A DNA stretch of 64,000 nt from Candidatus Bathyarchaeota archaeon (GTDB taxonomy: Archaea; Thermoproteota; Bathyarchaeia; 40CM-2-53-6), in the NCBI GenBank assembly GCA_963833125.1, contig CAWHWX010000001.1:64001-128000 (forward strand), given 5' to 3'. The position numbers and the translations under genes are program-made. Below are positions 60,329-64,000 of the stretch, one piece after another. How positions within the stretch are numbered: the first letter of the stretch is position 1; the number at the start of each line of letters is the position of its first letter. The notes under the pieces were generated by a model. That model made no database searches. It was given only the letters and a program-made list of their open reading frames with translations, and was not told the origin of the DNA.

Positions 60329-60690
60329 CGTGGACCAGTTTTCTACTCGACGCTTAGCTCCTTCAACCGACTTTTTGAAGGTAAAGCTATCAATCGTCAA
60401 ATTCACGTTACCCATCGCTTGGGATTTTTCCCGCTTAGTATATCCATAGTTTCATATTCTTCAGTGCGGCGTTTTCTAAGGTTCCTCGCCGCTTCCGCGT
60501 ATACTTTCACTGTTGTGTAGCCTTCGCGTGCTTCAATTCTCATAACTTATAATCTATCGACTTGTCGTTTTCACTTCATTTCCATTCATTTTCCGTTTCA
60601 CAGAGACTTACGTTCCGTAGAGAGTGCGATTCGCCGACGTTACGCCAACATACCCTCATCGTGCACAACGTATTTACGGCGGCGGGGGCG

Positions 60691-60741
60691 GCGCACCATT
60701 AATACCACGCACACTTTTACCGACGACGGACGGACGACGAC
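60691..60741 (-). repeat. Family A repeat
   Basis: Reverse complement GTCGTCGTCCGTCCGTCGTCGGTAAAAGTGTGCGTGGTATTAATGGTGCGC. Confidence 0.82.
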
Positions 60742-60793
60742 AAAGTTGAATATCTTATCATAAGAGTTAGGATCCTGCGTGTCTGCAGAAGTA

Positions 60794-61288
60794 ATGAACA
60801 TGATACAAAAAATAACTCCATTTCTATGGTTCGATGGCCAGGCCGAAGAAGCAGCGATATTTTACGTTTCCATTTTCAAGAATTCAAAAATTCTGAATGT
60901 TTCCCGCTACACCGAGGTGGGAAATGAAGTCCATGGGCGAGAGCCTGGGTCAGTTATGATTGTGGAGTTCCAGTTGGAGGGACAAAGGTTCATCGCACTC
61001 AATGGTGGGCCGCAGTTCAAGTTCACCGAGGCCGTATCGTTCTCCGTGGACTGTAAGACCCAAGAGGAAGTTGACCGTTTCTGGAAGAAGCTCTCTGAAG
61101 GCGGAGAGGAAGGGCCGTGCGGCTGGTTGAAAGATAAATACGGATTGTCGTGGCAGATCAATCCCACCATCTTAGGCGAATTATTGGGGGACAAGGACGC
61201 CGAGAAAGCGGGAAGAGTTATGGACGCAATGCTCAAGATGAAAAAGATCGACATCGCGGCGCTGAGAAAGGCGTACAAGGGACGATAG
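60794..61288 (+). CDS. VOC/PhnB (3-demethylubiquinone-9 3-methyltransferase domain) protein
   Basis: [41 protein letters not shown]. Confidence 0.9.
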   Translation: MNMIQKITPFLWFDGQAEEAAIFYVSIFKNSKILNVSRYTEVGNEVHGREPGSVMIVEFQLEGQRFIALNGGPQFKFTEAVSFSVDCKTQEEVDRFWKKLSEGGEEGPCGWLKDKYGLSWQINPTILGELLGDKDAEKAGRVMDAMLKMKKIDIAALRKAYKGR

Positions 61289-61372
61289 TATAAGAGCGAA
61301 GTAACCCAACATCAGGAGGTCCGTCGAAGGAGGGTCCCTCGACAGGTCCCTCCCCCCCGGTTTACCAGGGTG

Positions 61373-61423
61373 TTCGTTTAGTGTGCGTGTGCGCGCACCA
61401 TTAGTACCCCACACACACTAAAC
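61373..61423 (-). repeat. Family A repeat, last copy
   Basis: GTTTAGTGTG CGTGTGCGCGCACCATTAGTACCCCACA CACACTAAAC; perfect 10-bp outer stem. Confidence 0.88.
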
Positions 61424-61526
61424 CCGCCTACTAGACGAGTCTCAAATTGAACGCTGGCTTCCCAACATTAGGCCTTAGATTACAGCTACCGGAGAAGCGG
61501 AGGAAAATTCTCCCAGCAACTCTACC

Positions 61527-62892
61527 TCATTGGACTAGTTTTGGGACTTCGATGTGGGTTGGTTCGTAGTCTTGGAGCTTGCCGGCTAGGAAGGCGTCGT
61601 ATGCTTGAAGGTCGAGTAGGCCGTGTCCGCAGTTGTTGAACGCTATCACTTTCTTCTCTCCGGATTTCTTGCAGCGTAAGGCTTCATCAATCGCATATTT
61701 CACAACGTGCGCCGTTTCCGGCGCTGTTAGCATGCCCTTCTGTTCGTGCTAGGGTTCGTGCGGCTTCGAAGACTTCGGTTTGTGAGTAGGCAACGGAACT
61801 CATGTAACCCTTGTTGATCAGGTAACAGAGCGACGGCGCTTTCCCATGGTAACGGAGTCCGCCTGCGTGGATTGGGGGCGGTTGATACTTGTGGCCAACA
61901 GTGTACATTTTGATTAACGGTGTCATCTCAGCCGTGTCACCGAAATCGTAGGTGTAGACGCCGCGGGTTGTTGATGGGACGGCTTTCGGTTCACAGGCAA
62001 CGTATTCAGTTTCGGATTTGCCTTTCAATTTATCAGCCATGAACGGGTATGCAAATCCAGCGAAATTCGATCCGCCACCAATGCAACCACAGATCAAGTC
62101 CGGGGTAACGTCTATCATTTCGAATTGCTTCTTCGCCTCCTGCCCAATAATCGTCTGGTGTAGGAGGACGTGGTTGAGGACTGAGCCGAGACAGTATTTC
62201 GTATCCTCGTGACTTACGCAGTCTTCGATGGCTTCGCTTATCGCCATGCCCAATGACCCAGTGTTATTGGGATCCGATTCGAGGACCGATCTACCGTATT
62301 TTGTATTCTTGCTAGGCGAAGCAACCACATCAGCACCCATCGTCTCCATCATCGTCCTTCTTCCCGGTTTCTGGTCGTAGCTCGCGCGAACCATGTAGAC
62401 ACTACACTTCAAACCAAAAATCGCCGAGGCCATAGCTAAGGCGGAACCCCACTGTCCTGCGCCGGTTTCTGTTACGAGGCGTTTGGTTCCCTCGGCCATG
62501 TTGTAGTAGGCTTGCGCTATTGCGGTGTTGGGCTTGTGACTGCCTGTGGGGTTGACGTATTCACATTTGTAGTAAATCTCGGCGGGTGTGTTCAGAAACT
62601 TCTCAAGCCTCCGCGCTCGAATTAACGGCGTGGGACGCGGGAGGCGCAGGTACGCATCGTAGATTTCGTCGGGGATCTTGATGAAACGTTCAGCGGAGAC
62701 TTCCTGCATGACGACTTCTTTCGCGAAAAGTCGCAGCAATGGTTCAGGCGACATGGGCTTCAAAGTTCCCGGATCTAGAGGCGGAGGTAGCTGCTCGGGA
62801 AGGTCTGCAAGAATATTGTACCAGTGGGTTGGCATTTCATCTTGGGGCAGGTAGACTGCATGTTCTTTGTCGATAGAGCCTGGTTTACTCAT
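61527..62892 (-). CDS. trpB2: Tryptophan synthase beta chain type 2; frameshift near 61735
   Basis: WYNI.ADLP, RPTPL.RA, GSHKPN, TETGAGQWG, GGGSN, HAGGLRYHG, APET.H, GHGLLDL. Confidence 0.93.
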
Positions 62893-62988
62893 GAGTGCAC
62901 TATCCTGTTGATTGATGTCGCTCTGAAGCTTCATAGCAGCATTTAAGACTTCGTTGCACAAATATGTACGTCATAGGTTCGACTGCTA

Positions 62989-63494
62989 ATGTGGAGGCAA
63001 ATCTCCGACAAACTCAAAGAATATCCCGGACGGCAGAAGGTCGCAAGAGCCCTAGTAGAATCCGGGTTGGCCATCAAGGAAGGCAACAAGATCTACTGTG
63101 GAGGCATCGAACTCTCGGACGTCAAGATCGCCCGATTCCTAGACGTCGATCGAAGGACCGTAAGGGATACAGCACAACTCATAACCTCAGACCCCGGAAC
63201 TCAAGTCTGTTTTTGAAAAGCTCAAACCTGCAGGCCCTTTCCTAGCCGACGTCGCTAAATTTCTCGGCTACAGTGTAATCGAAATCTACCGCGGACCCTC
63301 ACACCGTTGGCGTCGTGGCATCGGCCGCGGCCTTAGTTGCGAAAGAAAACATCGCCATCAGACAAGCAGTAGCTGACGACCCCGACCTCACCCCGGAACC
63401 AAAGCTAACCCTAGTCGTTGAGAAACAGCCTAGCGGTACAACGCTCCAGAAACTACTCAAGATCCCTGGCGTCATCAAGATTTCGACGTACTAA
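62989..63494 (+). CDS. ACT-domain regulator of amino-acid metabolism (COG2150-like); two frameshifts
   Basis: YPGRQKVA..L...GL, IARFLDVDRRTV, then IRQAVADDPDL.PEPKL.L in a shifted frame. Confidence 0.75.
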
Positions 63495-63994
63495 CCGCTT
63501 GTCCGAATCTCTCGCTGTGCACTATTTCGCTTAACGGTTTACGATTCTTCTTTCCCTTCGCCTTTGGTTCAATCGGATAGCCAAACGGCATAACCGTAAC
63601 CAGTTTCATCCTCTGAGGCGCACCAAGCAAGTCTTTCACTCCGTCATCATAGAAATTGGTGACCCAACACGAACCAATCCCCATGTCCCACGCCTCAAGT
63701 ACCATGTTCTGAACCGCACGCGCACCATCAATCTCAGGAAGCTTTGCTTGGTCCATCAGAATTGCGATTGCCAGCGGTGCCTTTGCGATGTGTTCGCCGG
63801 TAGGCGTCAATTCGGAGATCTTCTTGAGCGTTACCTTATCTCTGATTACTATGAAATGCCAAGGTTGCGAGTTCTTGGAACTCGGGGCTAGGCGACCTGC
63901 CTCTAGGATTCGTTGGAGGCTTTCGTCAGGGATCGGCTTGTCTAGGTAATCTCGGATCTTCGCGGCGCGTTCTGATGCAGGTGAAAGTATCCAT
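63475..63994 (-). CDS. Nitroreductase family protein; frameshift near 63960
   Basis: MDTFTCIRTRR/IRDY, LAPSSKNSQPWHF, GIGSCW, GYP, RKPL. Confidence 0.9.
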
Positions 63995-64000
63995 GACAAT

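Noticed and set aside
32195-61423. Family A as a CRISPR array
   Set aside because: Copies are degenerate, occur in both orientations and are separated by whole genes; no cas genes are present.
32195-61423. Family A as classical integron attC sites
   Set aside because: No consistent RYYYAAC...GTTRRRY ends, genes are not co-oriented, and no intI is in the window.
61687-61745. Programmed ribosomal frameshift in trpB2 and other split genes
   Set aside because: No slippery heptamer with a downstream structure is evident; these families are normally contiguous.
1-64000. Integrase, transposase or reverse transcriptase explaining the repeats
   Set aside because: No ORF shows recognisable tyrosine/serine recombinase, DDE, HUH or RT motifs; the enzyme, if any, is outside the window or unrecognised.

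Overview
64 kb of archaeal chromosome. The gene content (TrpB2, DUF835, CFI-box-CTERM, KaiC/RAD55 paralogues, an F420-dependent reductase and a COG2150 ACT regulator) suggests Bathyarchaeia or a related TACK lineage; this is inference. Housekeeping-like blocks (about 1-17.7 kb and 61.5-64 kb) flank a 44-kb accessory mosaic of single genes and mini-operons in mixed orientation. The main unexplained signal is non-coding. Between 32.2 and 61.4 kb, more than 20 degenerate copies of a hairpin repeat (family A, GTGTGTG-GGTC/GTAT-N3-TGGTGCG-CACACAC) sit in intergenic gaps and bracket individual genes like cassettes. Seven associated half-sites reproduce the exact 24-nt register of a tRNA 3' end (T-loop GTTCRAAT ... 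CGC-A-CCA) with a hypervariable middle. A second family (B, ACYRGTAAATT-GGGG-7-nt loop-CCCC) punctuates 17.7-24.7 kb. No integrase, transposase, CRISPR array or intact tRNA was seen. Cargo includes four P-loop-dead KaiC-like proteins, a kinase-less PAS/GAF-DUF835 signalling operon, GT2 paralogues, an SDH protease/pseudoprotease pair and a PIN module. About 15 genes carry single-base frameshifts, most likely long-read errors. All calls are from motif recognition by eye; no searches were run.
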